Assembly: GCF_964355755.1 (NCBI RefSeq)
Contig: NC_092676.1
Span: 16,634,871 to 16,698,870, forward strand
Reading direction: 5' to 3'
DNA length: 64,000 bases
Source of the DNA: Antedon mediterranea
Lineage: Eukaryota > Animalia > Echinodermata
Below the pieces are notes generated by a model that had not been told where the DNA came from, did no database searches, and saw nothing but the letters and a program-made list of their open reading frames with translations. Of the stretch, positions 24,794-37,061 are shown one piece after another (positions within the stretch are counted from its first letter, which is position 1; each line of letters starts with the position of its first letter). The position numbers and the translations under genes are program-made.

Positions 24794-27700
24794 CTTTTCA
24801 TATTTTTTTTTATACTATTGCTTTTGAAATACAACATCGCCACCTATTTTGTATTTTTCGCTGCGATTTGAATGTTATAGTTTTTAGTGATTTCTGGAGA
24901 GATATATGTACTAATTTAGATCAAAAAAGCATTTAAATTTAGCTTTAGATCGTAGTATTTGTAGGATTTTGATTAATTTATGGGAACATCTCTACAAGAC
25001 GTTTAGCCTTGCTAGGCCTAGGATTATTTGGTTGTTTGTTGACATAATAAGTAGGTGTGTTTATAAAATCCATATAAATATAACATTTAATATAATATCA
25101 AAAACCATAATGTTACTGTTTTAATCAATGTGAATCAAATGTAAGCCTTGGCTAGGGCTACCTTTTATTTGATTCAAATGACAGGAATCTATTTATAATA
25201 ATAATAATAAATAAATAAATAATGAATGTTTTATATTTGTGTAATGGTACACTCATAAACATTTATTATTTGTATATATAAATATTAAAGAAGTATCTTG
25301 AATTAATTCAACTGCGATGCTCTTCTTTATGATCCAATTATAAATGTAATACTACATTACAAAGTCACTTGATCAATTGATTGATAAAGTGCAGCAGCTG
25401 TTACAGTACTAAAAGTGTGTATTTGCACTTTGTGTATCAACAAAAAAGAACATAAAATTGCATGAAAGGGTAATTTATTATAATTATACCTGCCGCGCCC
25501 ACTGCATTATGCAGGATCATGCATTCATAAAAAATTATTCCGAAAAACATTATTTTGTTTTTTTTAATGTGTTAAAAGATATTTGTGGTTGCTGGATTAA
25601 AAAAAGACACTAAATTGTCATTTATTTTTTTTACATTGATTTAAAAAATTTTTGGGAATGATAATAGATAATGCATATAGCAACAAACTACCATGTAGCA
25701 TCTTAAAGCGACCTACATTCAGGGAACTGGAGTATTTATACTGGCAAGAATTCAGAAGACAACAGCAGTTTCTTAAAGACGAAAAGAAAACATTGGTAAT
25801 TGATTTGATTATATGGAGCTTTGATTTGGTTGACCTAGGACCTAGGATGTGAATAGGGGGAGGGGGTTAGAAGGATGTGTCTTGCAACCTAACTGAGCTG
25901 TATTGCTCACAGGTGTGAATTACCCACCACCAGAACCAATATTTGTGCTGCACAGCTGCCACTAAGCTTCCACAACAGGGGCTGAGATGGACCAGTACAC
26001 TGGGTGACCTACTACTCTTCCAAAAGAGCCATGTATGTATACTGGACCCCCAGTTTGAAGTCCTTAAGACTTTTACTACTACCAGAACCAGCGTCTATTG
26101 TATGGAAATGAATTGCGGCGTCCATGACTTAAATGCTCAGATTGTAATTTAAATGTCGCAAAATTGAAGTTACCTTTACTAAATGCCATGGCTCGTAGTG
26201 TACCATGTTAATTTAGTTTTAGTTTCTATACAATTTAAAAGGTAAATTTATACTTTTGTAGGCAAGACAAGGTCGATACCAGGAATTGGAAGAAAGAGAG
26301 AAAGAAGATGAACAAGAAAGACAAGCTGAAGAAGAAAGAAATGAAAATCCTTTACCCATTTTTGATGACAAAGGTCCTGATGAATTTGGCTTTGAAAATG
26401 ATGATGAGGAGGATGATGATGGCCCTCCTCAATTTTCTGGGGATAATCAAGTTCCCCCTATTGGTAATGGTCAAATAATAATTATTTTTATCTCGTACAT
26501 TCTCTTTTTGAGAGGGTGTTTGCTGAATTGCCGCATTTATTTCCGTATTTAATCAGTTGCAGAGCCTCTCATCAACAGCGAGTTGGATGAGTATATAAAA
26601 ATAAAAAAAAATAAAATAAAATATATAAAATAAAATAAAATAAATAAAATAAAATAAATATAGGAGTATTCTTTCTGTAATTTCTTTAATAATTCTTTAA
26701 ATAGCCCATTTGTTCAATTCCTTTCAGCTTTGGATGAGGAGCCAGTTATTTCTAGTTATGAAGATTTAGTTCGACATCATGTAGTAAGTTAGAAAGCTTT
26801 CAATTTATTACTTATACTAAAGCAACAATGAAAATTAAACTCCTTATTTAGTACGAATAATTTTAAATAATAATAAAAATAATAACTATAGCACCCCTGG
26901 TAACCTGAAAATATTGAGAGTTCTGTATACAGAACCAGCTCTTGTATATCAATCGTTCAATTTGTGCCGTATAATCTTATGCACTAAGGGTTACATAATG
27001 TCAGTGCGATTTCAAGAGCTCTCTCATCTGTCCAAGGCAGTGACTGTGTGTGAACTATACGTCATGGTAAACCCCTACTTGTCTCAAAAGATGTACTAGA
27101 TTTTTGAAAGTACACACAATGGATCTATGGTTTTTAGTGGTCCTCTGCAAGCTCTTAAAATATTCAAAGGACTGTACAGTTACAGTAACAGCTCTAAATG
27201 GCACTCTATAAAAATGGTCTAAATACAGCTCTTATAAATATCCCTAGCAAGCTCTGAATATGTTGAAAGACCTATTGCAGTAGCAGCTCTTGTAAATGCC
27301 TCATACAGTATCTCAACATTTTGCAGGTGCTGTAACAGTACCAGCTCATTTCCAAAAATGTTTTAGATGCTGTCACAGTTACTCTCAACTTTGTTTTTTA
27401 GGAAACATACCTTGTTGGTGCCCAAAAATTTGCTCAATTGACAGAACTATCGAAAAGAGTTTCTGAGTGGGAGGACAAAATAATGCCTGTACTTCAAAAC
27501 GAGGTAAAGTAATGTTTATTGTTATTTTTTAAGTAAAAATATGCCAAAAGTAAATTCAATTTTTTTTTTATGAGACTGAATTTCTCGTACATAGAATTCT
27601 TCAATGAAAGTTTTTGTATAACCTGCTGATGATAACGATGTAAACCAGACCAGAGTGTGTGGTGCTAAAAAAAGTTGACAACAATCATGTTAATATTGTT

Positions 27701-29838
27701 ATATGAACAATAAAAAAAAATTTTACATTGCAGGAACAATTTGGATATTTTGATATCCATGAATATGGAACAAGAGTAATAGACAAACTTGCAAATAAGT
27801 CTGAAAACTTAAACCCTATCACATTTAAGGATATTGTTTCCGAGAATACAAGTGTTGATGTTGGAAGATTATTTCTGGCTTCATTACAATTGGTAAGTTT
27901 TCTACTTCTACAGATTTATGTCTAGTATTAGGATTGTGTGTGTGTTAATTTAGGGTAAAATCAACCAATATTCTGAAAATTGGTACATCATGGATTTGGC
28001 TGAAATTTGTTTAGGGTACCTCAATATATATAATGAACACATGCAAAGTTTTAGCGCTTAACTCCGTCATTTTGAAAATATGGCCTATTGATCGTTAGAA
28101 TTCACATAATTTAAGTGATTGAATATTTTGCGTTTTTAAATGTAATTTATGACATTTTAAAATTTAGATACAAAGCTGTAAATTAGTATAGGGTCAATTC
28201 CCACCATATAATGCAAATCAGGCCTAATTAATTTTCATTTTTAGACCTCCTTAATGGTAAGTAAGAACAATCAGAAAGGCTTTATATTGTAAAGTATATA
28301 TGCATTGTTGAGGCATTTGTGGTTGCCTCAATGAAATATTAGACCATTTACTCTTTTCAACTGTGTGTAGCATAGCGCTAAGGTTAGTTACAGGCCGAAA
28401 ATGGGCAAAAAAACATTGATATTTATAGTGACCTTTGATCTAGGCAACATTTATTCATCCACATGAAATTATTACCACTTGTTAACACATTTCTGGTGTA
28501 CCTCTGGACAAAATTCTGTATTGGAGACTTATCTCTATATGGTGCACGACAACAATGTGAAATTTTTGCCATTTTACGTGATCTACGGGATATTTCGTTG
28601 TGGCCACAACTACATAATGTATATACACATACTGTATTCATACAACCATGAAGGAAATGGTACAACAGAAAGAGTTGAACCGCATTTGTCATTATTAGTA
28701 AATTGGGTCACTCATTGACAGAATGAAAACAAAATTAATGCGTTGCTATAAAATGCTATGCTGACACAACACGGTAACATGTACGAGTATGTCATTTACG
28801 TTATAAAGGAGAAACCATGTGATGTGCTGAATGTCTTCTTGATATTGGCCGGTGGATTCACGCAATTTTTACACTACAATAAAATTACAATGTTATTTCA
28901 AGTGACCTCACTAGCGGCCCATATTCCTAAAATGTTCTTACCTCAGCCCCAACAATGGCGAGACTGAGGTGGAGGACTCTTGGTCACTGGTACACTGGAT
29001 GTCCAGGCTGTGGCTTGGTCCTGGGAACCTTATTTTAGTCCGTGAAGTTTGCGTAACATTCTTTAGTCCTCATAATGAATCTGTCCAGTAAAATAGTACA
29101 AAAGGTAAAATATGTGTGTTGTTAGATCTTTTAATTAGTAATGTTTAAGGCCACGGAATTCTCATCTATACAGTTATTCTTTGCGGAGGCATTAGATCAT
29201 GATAATTATGAGTTTTTGCATGAGGATGGTAGATGATAGGGGACGGTAAATATGAATGGATATGTTAATTGAAATATAAAATATTACTCTGTGCATGTGT
29301 ATAAGCCCAGTATACTCCGTTCTATTCTTATTGGAACTATTATTGGTAAATTTTTTAGTTCAAAACTAAACTTTCGAAAAACGTCTACCAAGCCTGTGTA
29401 CAGGATCTGCGGACTACAGTATGTCAGGACAGGGGCTGACTGTCATCGTTACTCATCGTCACTTTTATTTACTGTCTCCTTCACCTACCATCCCTATGCA
29501 AAAGCTCCCTAATTGCACCCTAGGCCTACGTATTAATTAGCCTCATTTTGCCTCTACTGTATGATATAGACTGTTTTTATCATTGTAAATAATGTAAATT
29601 TGAGATCGTTTTTTGGAGGATCTCAAATGTTATTACAATGACTGTATATTAAACATTATAAATATTCGACACACACATAAGGATATCTATTTTTTAGGCC
29701 AACTCTGGAAATGTTAATATCAGTTGTGAAACCACGGAAGGAGTTGCGGTAGTGGACACAATGCGATTAAAGCTTCTGCAACAGGAGCGCCATCATGAAC
29801 AACTTGTTATGTACAGAGCACCATCAATTGTTAGTTAA
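17969..29838 (+). CDS. NCAPH2: Condensin-2 complex subunit H2 (kleisin beta), 16 coding exons, 612 aa
   Basis: Exons: 17969-18082, 18639-18796, 19364-19445, 20710-20778, 21006-21082, 21221-21390, 21780-21860, 22265-22323, 23850-23982, 24528-24635, 25668-25795, 26262-26463, 26728-26783, 27402-27503, 27734-27892, 29698-29838 (TAA). All introns are GT-AG and in phase; total 1839 nt. Diagnostic motifs: [71 protein letters not shown]. Confidence 0.95.
19735..19823 (-). mobile_element. Decayed tRNA-derived SINE head or tRNA pseudogene
   Basis: A-box-like GTGGCTTGGTGG and B-box-like GGGTTAAGTCC on minus, in NCAPH2 intron 3. Confidence 0.4.
22875..23153 (-). mobile_element. tRNA-derived SINE with a Meta/V-like conserved central domain
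   Basis: GTGGCGCAGTGG (A box), GGTTCAAGC (B box), then GAGTCCTTG...CCACCCAGGTG...AAATGGGTACCGG; tail rich in TTTACC. Confidence 0.6.
24056..24301. mobile_element. PIF/Harbinger-like MITE
   Basis: TIR GCTCTGTCTACACTA / TAGTGTAGACAGAGC with TWA flanks; related copy at about 12752-12890. Confidence 0.6.
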
Positions 29839-30789
29839 CCTTTTAATAGTTTCAGTTTAGATTAAGTAACTGCATGCCTGTTAAATAAGTAAAGTACTAA
29901 ATTATTATTACATTATTAATCATGTGTGAAACTGTTGAACCTCTTCCAAGACACAGACAAAATGTTTTATAACAAACATTTATTATTGTTTAAACATTTA
30001 AATGGTCTTTTATTTAAAATGTAAAATTTATAATAAAATAATATTGGTAATTCGCCAGTAGCCGATCACACTTAGAGGTGAGATATTTCCCTTTATAAAT
30101 ATTAAGTATTTCTGTTCAATTGCATTTCACTTAGTTTAGATAGCAGATTTTTAACATTTTAATATGGTTGTGATATTTCCAAATATGGTAGTGCTATGAC
30201 ATCATCATTCTCATATATGAGCACATCACATAAAGTTTTACAGTGTACCAGGCTACTACATGATTTTAAAATGTTTCTTGTCATCATTATATTTACATTT
30301 GGCTTAGAGTAACCATATTCAGTGTTTTCAGATTGCCTGGTGTTATGACCATGTCTGTCAAATACCATTTCTATTCCATTACATAGAATTGACGATGCAG
30401 TTCCATTAAAACATGATAATTTCTTATTTGAAATTTTCCATGAAAAATCATTAATTATGTCATCACCACATGTGGTTTTATAATTATTTGTAATAATGCT
30501 TGCACCTCTTTTTTTGTAATTTGTATATTTTCATTTTCATCCCTACTGTTACCACAAACTAAGATATCATAAGTCCATACATGGTGGTATTGTGGTTATC
30601 GCTAAATTTTTACTGTACTTATATTGTATGAAAGCTTTTTCCTGGTTGTCCCACATACAAGAGTGGAAGCTCATTGTTAAGTGCAAGTTTGTCAAAATGT
30701 AATTTCTGTGTCTCTTTTTTTTTGCTTTTTTAGTTGTTCGTAGATATCGTCCTGTTCTGTGTTTCCAGGTTTGTTGTTAATTTTGGCTA

Positions 30790-31360
30790 GTATTGTATTT
30801 CTTAATTTGCAGTTCATGAGGAGTTCACATAGACTTCCAAGATTGGTACATGTGGGGGTAGATTCTTAGCTGTTTGAACTTGTCTCTCTATAACATCATT
30901 TACTTGTGGTCTCCTTGGTGATGTTGTGACATGATCAAATGACCATTCACATGCGAATTCATGGTATGCTTGACTATCAGAATGTGGTCTGTTATCATTT
31001 ACTACCTTCTAAACTCTGCAAAAACTTGCTTAGTGATGTTCACAATTAATGCTCAGTGACATGGGAGTTTCTTAATTATAGGGAATTTGCTATAGAAGTC
31101 TGTGATAAGAAGATATTTCTGCTTGTTTAGCTCAACAGATCTGTAGCAATTGTGCTCTTGAGGTATCTCATGAGGTAGAAATTTTCTGGTGTCTTAGCAT
31201 GTTGGTGTTCTTGACATATTTCACAGGTACTAGCTTGTTAATGTTGTTCCAAAAAACAGACTCAAGTAGCTTTGTTTGTTCTCGTCCTAGTTGTGCTGTG
31301 TGTAGTTGCTTTAGTATCTCTTTTTGCATGTGCACTAGTATGATGATTCTTTAATACGTC
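30790..31360 (-). mobile_element. Decayed Gypsy integrase fragment
   Basis: Broken reading ILKQLHTAQLGREQTK..FWNNINK..CEIC, then YLLITDFYSKFP; multiple stops and frameshifts. Confidence 0.5.
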
Positions 31361-32039
31361 TAAACTATGACTATCTACTAGGCCTTATTGTTCTCTGCTA
31401 CCTATCTCTCTGGTTAGATGCATCATGCCGATGATTCTGATAGGGTCTTTGTATTCCCTGTTGTAGGTATTGCTGGCCTGAAAAAGACATTGCTGTGGTG
31501 TTTCTGTAAACGTGGATAACATCCTGTTGAGGGAACTTTTCGCCTATATGGGAGGTTTTTTCACAAATCTTGGTCTGTTGGATCTTTTACAATGCCTACA
31601 TTGGTCAGGAATAACTAAAAGCTGTCTAGACTCGTCTACACCTTTAAGATATACCATGATGTCAATTTTTTTAGCAGAAAATTTTACAAATATTTCTAAC
31701 CAACATACGTACTGTACGAGGAAATCAAATGAACATTTTGTAATTCCTAATATCAAATGGTTAGCTTCGAAAATATTTGATTATAATACTATTAAATATT
31801 GGAATATTCTTTCATCAAACATTAAATGTATAGACACTTAATGAGTATAAATGTGCTATAAAGCTTTATCTTTTAGTAATGTGCATGCTAGACTGATTTG
31901 TTATTATAAACTTTTGTTATATTTCTGTGAATTTTTCTATGTTTTTTTGAAAATAAGCTTTTTTAGCTCTATGGTTAATCTTTTTGTGGATTGTACCGAA
32001 TAAAACAATCAAACATACAGTGGCTTTCTGTTGCTCTTT

Positions 32040-32420
32040 AAGGTCGTTTTACTCATCTCCAAACAACATTTTTGTTACTGGGATTGATGGTTTGCAGAGA
32101 TGCGCATATTGTTAATATTGATATCTGTTTTTTCAAATCCTTTCGGAGACAGTATATTTCATAATTGGCATGCCTTAACAGTGCCAAAGCATTCTGTCGG
32201 TTTTCTTTTATGCTGTCTCCTGACAGGGACTGTAGGAAGGCATTTAGCCCCATTTTCAAACTTCTTTAGACTCTTTGCAATTTTAAATCTCTAGCTTTTG
32301 TCTGGTTTTCCCAAATGGGATGATTGTCCTTTTGTATGTCAAGAAGTGGAGAGTTTGCTGGTGGTGGATATTTGTGTTTCATCGCCTATTTTCTCCTCAA
32401 GTTTATTTTGAGTCTGAACA
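32040..32420 (-). mobile_element. Decayed DIRS-like ORF1 fragment
   Basis: NALALLRHANYEIYCLRKDLKK resembles the conserved DALALLGxANxELNxxRR stretch of DIRS ORF1. Confidence 0.4.
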
Positions 32421-33435
32421 ACTTTTATAAATATAGGGCCTAATCCCAACAGAATTGCAAGAAAATGTTTTTTTGATGTATTTCAATAAGATATGGTCTC
32501 AAAAAACATATATGAAAATCAGACTACCGCAAAGGTTCAAAATTTTACGTAAAAAAGAAATTCTTTAAAATACACTTTTTTTAAATTTTGTTGAAACATG
32601 ACCGGAAATTCCAATTTGTGACTTTTGCCACATATGGCATGACGTTTATATAGCTACCTAACTGCAAATTTTATCAAGCCTGTGCCATCCATCGATCGAA
32701 TATACATCTTGTTGGTCGATCTTCCCAATGTTTAAACACTTCCAGAACAGGTCCGTAATGTAAAGGAAGTAGGTTTTGATGTGTTCCCGAAGTGGTCAAA
32801 TAAATTGTGCTTTAGCTAATGTCCTATTACTCTGGTCGTCAATGACTGCAGAAACCACAACCGCTTCTTCATGGTTTCTGGGAAGATCAGTACAGTATCT
32901 TGGAAATTTTAGAACATGAACGTTGTAACTGCTCTTGGGCTCGGAGCAAGTTTGGAATGTAGAGGGCGTCGTTTAGTCAAGTCACACAAACGCGAACAAG
33001 GCAACACTATGACCATCAGTTAAACAATCTTCAATTTATTATGTTCCAACCGTGTCTGTCTGACTACCTTTTATTAGTTCGTTCGGTGAGTGAATATGAC
33101 CGCTCTAAGCCTCAAATCTTATGTCAATATTCTCCTTTCAAACATTATCTCAATTTAGTAATCATCTGCAACTGAACACAATGTGTAATTTGGCATTTAC
33201 GCTCGCAAATCTGGCATTTTCTACCATCAATAAACCCACGTGCATTGCCGACTGATGCTAGTTGCGCTCTTCCGACGCGAAGTCAAAGTTCGTTCTACCT
33301 CACAAATACAATTTAAAACGCTGGGGGCGCGCTGCATGGGAAAGATCTAACACTCCCCACGCTGAAATCAAACACACAACACAGGATTTCAGAACTTTAT
33401 TTCACAAACAATCTTAACTAATTAACAATGTGTAA

Positions 33436-36400
33436 TTAACAATGGTTCACATCTTTAGCGATGGATCCTCTGTATATTATGCAAAGCTTTGCGATAGGAC
33501 GTTTCAAAACTCCACCTGCAATCTTGACATCAACGCTACGTACCTTTCCATCCTTTCCTTTGTAGACTGAGATAACTTTGCCCATAGGCAATCTACCTCT
33601 CGGCATGGTTTCATCTACTAAAAGTACAATGTCACATACCTCCACATTCTGTCTAGGCGTCGTCCATTTGTGTCTCTTTTGGAGAAGAGGGAGGTACTCC
33701 TTCTTCCAACGAGTCCAAAAAATATTAGCTAAATATTGAACCTGACGCCAACGTCTTTTACCATAGGCTTCAATTCTACCTATCGGCGCAGCAGGTCCCT
33801 TTCTCATCAAAAGAAGATGATTAGGGGTTAAGGGCTCATCATCGTAAGCCTCTGGTGACAAGTCTGTAAGAGGTCTAGAATTTAATATGGATTCAACCTC
33901 AGCTAGAACAGTTTGTAGTACATCATTAGTAACTGTTTGTTGTCTTAGAACACTATATAATGTTTTTCTCACTGACCTTATTAGGCGTTCCCATACGCCT
34001 CCGAAATGACTGGCTGAGGGTGGGTTAAAGTGCCACTCAACCCCTTTGGTGTGAAGAAATTCTTCTACAATGCTTTGGTTCATTTCAGCTAGAGCATTTC
34101 GAAGTTCCCTTTCGCCTCCAACAAAGTTGGTTCCGTTGTCGCTAAATATTTTAGAAGGCTCGCCACGTCTTGCTACAAATCGTCTGTAGGCGTTTATAAA
34201 CGAGTCTGTGCTTAAACTGTCGGCAACTTCAAGGTGGACGGCTCTTGTCACCAGACATGTGAAGATGCATCCATATCGTTTCACGGTCGAACGACCTTGT
34301 CTGACATCTATGGGTCCAAAGTAGTCAATCCCAGTGAAAGTAAAAGGTGGTTTATCTGCGGTAACACGTTCTTCTGGTAGAGGCGCCATTTGTTGTTCAC
34401 CTCGTCGTGCATTTTGTCTTTTACATATAACACAGTGTCTTAAGATACCTTTTACTACCGACCTACCTTTCAGGATCCAAAACCGTTCGCGGAGTGCGTT
34501 CAACGTTGCGGACCATCCATTATGTCCAACACTTTGATGATAGTACATAACTAGCGTTCTCACCGATTCTCCGTCGTTAGCTAATATTATAGGGTGCTGG
34601 GCATCGTAGTCAATTCTGGCATAATCCAGTCTACCTCCAACTTTGAGTAGACCACCTAAGAGTACTGGGTTTAAGTCTTTAATTCTCTTGTCTGTATTCC
34701 AGTTTGGAAATGAGTGTCTCTGTTTACATGATAAGATCATCGTCTCACTTTCTCTCAGTTCGGATACGAGCAGGTTGTTAGTTGCAACGGGTTGATGTTT
34801 CACCTTGGCTCTAAGGGATCTTACAAATCGTAATACCCACCCAAGGACACGTATCTGCTTCGTCCAAGATGAATATTTACCTATCAATGTTGCTATGAAA
34901 CTGTTTTCACAGGTCTGGATCTGGTTTACTACAACCACTGGTTTCTTCACTTCCGGATCAGGAGTCAGTTGATCACTGTCTACAAATTTCGACACAGGCC
35001 AGTAGGCTTCATCTCTGTACAGAAAGTCAGGACCTGTCAACCACTTACCCAATTCATAAGTACCCCGTGAACCTTCGTCAGCGGGATTCTCCTTGGTTGG
35101 CACGTGTCTCCATTGGTGTTTGCTGGATTCGCTAAGTATCTTAGATACTCTATTAGCTACAAAGGTTTTGTAGCGACGGTTTTCATTTCTGATGTAACTG
35201 AGGACAATCATAGAATCGCTCCAGTAGACGGTCTCGTTAATGGAATAAGAAAGTTCTCTTCGAATGGTACTGTCGAGGGTTGCGGCTAGTACTGCGGCCA
35301 TCAGTTCTAATCTGGGAATAGTTACAAGTTTCAACGGTGTAACTCTAGCTCTACCAATGATGAATTCAACTGTAGGCTTCTTACCGTCTGGTTCGATACG
35401 AAAATAGGCCACTGCAGCATACCCCTTTTCGGACGCGTCACAGAAGATATGCATTTGCACAGCAGTAGTTATATCAAGTTTTACCCACCGAGGAACGCTG
35501 ACCTGTGATAGAATAGATGTACGGTCGAGCCATTGACTCCATGTCTTCTTCTCGTCTTCAGTTAAAGGTTGATCCCAATCAGCACCTCTCCTACAAACTT
35601 CTTGAAGAAGAGACCTTGCTAATAAAACAAATGGGGCAGCTATACCTAAGGGGTCAAATACAGAACTGGTAACTGACAGCAGTCCTCTTCTGGTCATCGG
35701 TTTGTCTTTGGGAGTAAGCTGAAAAGTAAAACTGTCGCTTCCGGCATCCCAACAGACACCAAGGGTCCGTTCCGTAGGTAACTCATCGAGAGAGAGCGAC
35801 ACTGATGGAGCTCGTTCAGATTCGTCTATGCTATCGAGCACGTCTCTGTTATTGCTTAACCATTTTGTCAGTCTGAAGCCACCTTCACTAAGAATACCAG
35901 AGAGCCTCTGAACCAAGTGCTTCGCAACATCTATACTTTCAACAGAGCTGAGACAATCGTTAACATAAAATCCAGTACGTATGGTCTCTATGGCCATCTT
36001 ACCAACTTCATCTTCATTCTGCTTCTCGTTGTCATCTGCTGTCTGCTTCAAGGCTTTACTAGAGCAGCATGGCGATGAGGTTGCACCAAACAAGTGCACG
36101 CACATCCGGTACTCTTTAGGCTGAGCATCTAGGTTGCCGTTCTCCCACCACAGGAATCTTAACACATCTCTCTCGGAGTCGATCATCCTTACTTGATGGA
36201 ACATGGCTTCGATATCGGCAACTATGGATACTTTCCTCTGTCGGAATCGAATAAGCACGCCTAACAGATCGTTCATAAACCCTGGCCCTTTAAGTAGATG
36301 ATCATTCAAGGATGTCCCAGCGAACTTGGCAGCGCAGTCATATACGACTCGAACTTTCCTTTTATGAGGATGCACAACCGGATGATGGGGCAGAAACCAG

Positions 36401-37032
36401 ACATTACCGGCATTTCCTTCGTTGAGCACTGGCTCCGCGTATCCCTTCTTGATGTAACCCTCAATAACTTCGGTATATTTAGAGTGCATGGTCTCGTCAG
36501 ATACTAGTCTTCTCTTTAGCGAGCTAAGTCTTGACAACGCCATCGATTTGTTGTTGGGTAGATTGTGGTCTTCTCTTCTCCAAAGCAGACCCATCTCATA
36601 ATGATTATCTTCCATCTTCTTTATAGTTGAGCGGATAATTTCATGCGCTCTGATGTCTTCCTTTGAGTCTTGCTCGTCTGACAGTCCACTATTTTCGATG
36701 GCCCATGAACGTTGAATCTCATCAAGAAGCCGCTGGTTACTGACGTTGATTCGGTTAAAATAACTCTTCTTGGTACCGTGTCCTCCTGGCCCCATAATCG
36801 ACCATCCAAGAGGTGTCTTTACGCCATAAGGGTCTATAGGTCTTCCCTTTCTTTCATCCAACACCCAAAACGCTTGAGGTGAGTCTGCTCCGATTAAGAG
36901 GTCGACTTTAGCGGACTTCGGATTCTCCCATGGAAAAGACCTTAAATGTTCCCACTTACCTAGTTCCTCAACAGTAGAGAAACTCTCCATTGGTGCTGGT
37001 ATTTTAGCTACAGTCAGAAATTCGACATTCAT
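33436..37032 (-). CDS. BEL/Pao pol (RT, RNase H, integrase, DUF5641), probably defective
   Basis: WFLPHHPV, RVVYDCAA, ADIEAMFHQV, HLFGATSSP, FYVND (mutated YVDD), FCDASEKGYAAV, IPRLELMAA, GIDYFGP, SDNGTNFVG, GGVWERLI. Confidence 0.9.
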   Translation of the reverse strand: MNVEFLTVAKIPAPMESFSTVEELGKWEHLRSFPWENPKSAKVDLLIGADSPQAFWVLDERKGRPIDPYGVKTPLGWSIMGPGGHGTKKSYFNRINVSNQRLLDEIQRSWAIENSGLSDEQDSKEDIRAHEIIRSTIKKMEDNHYEMGLLWRREDHNLPNNKSMALSRLSSLKRRLVSDETMHSKYTEVIEGYIKKGYAEPVLNEGNAGNVWFLPHHPVVHPHKRKVRVVYDCAAKFAGTSLNDHLLKGPGFMNDLLGVLIRFRQRKVSIVADIEAMFHQVRMIDSERDVLRFLWWENGNLDAQPKEYRMCVHLFGATSSPCCSSKALKQTADDNEKQNEDEVGKMAIETIRTGFYVNDCLSSVESIDVAKHLVQRLSGILSEGGFRLTKWLSNNRDVLDSIDESERAPSVSLSLDELPTERTLGVCWDAGSDSFTFQLTPKDKPMTRRGLLSVTSSVFDPLGIAAPFVLLARSLLQEVCRRGADWDQPLTEDEKKTWSQWLDRTSILSQVSVPRWVKLDITTAVQMHIFCDASEKGYAAVAYFRIEPDGKKPTVEFIIGRARVTPLKLVTIPRLELMAAVLAATLDSTIRRELSYSINETVYWSDSMIVLSYIRNENRRYKTFVANRVSKILSESSKHQWRHVPTKENPADEGSRGTYELGKWLTGPDFLYRDEAYWPVSKFVDSDQLTPDPEVKKPVVVVNQIQTCENSFIATLIGKYSSWTKQIRVLGWVLRFVRSLRAKVKHQPVATNNLLVSELRESETMILSCKQRHSFPNWNTDKRIKDLNPVLLGGLLKVGGRLDYARIDYDAQHPIILANDGESVRTLVMYYHQSVGHNGWSATLNALRERFWILKGRSVVKGILRHCVICKRQNARRGEQQMAPLPEERVTADKPPFTFTGIDYFGPIDVRQGRSTVKRYGCIFTCLVTRAVHLEVADSLSTDSFINAYRRFVARRGEPSKIFSDNGTNFVGGERELRNALAEMNQSIVEEFLHTKGVEWHFNPPSASHFGGVWERLIRSVRKTLYSVLRQQTVTNDVLQTVLAEVESILNSRPLTDLSPEAYDDEPLTPNHLLLMRKGPAAPIGRIEAYGKRRWRQVQYLANIFWTRWKKEYLPLLQKRHKWTTPRQNVEVCDIVLLVDETMPRGRLPMGKVISVYKGKDGKVRSVDVKIAGGVLKRPIAKLCIIYRGSIAKDVNHC

Positions 37033-37061
37033 TTCTTGGCATTCAAACTTACCTTTGACTC

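Noticed and set aside
26596-26660. (TAAAA)n tract in an NCAPH2 intron
   Set aside because: Ordinary microsatellite.
28423-29512. Cluster of short ORFs in NCAPH2 intron 15
   Set aside because: No recognisable motifs; NCAPH2 is complete without them; probably a non-coding repeat whose ends I could not define.
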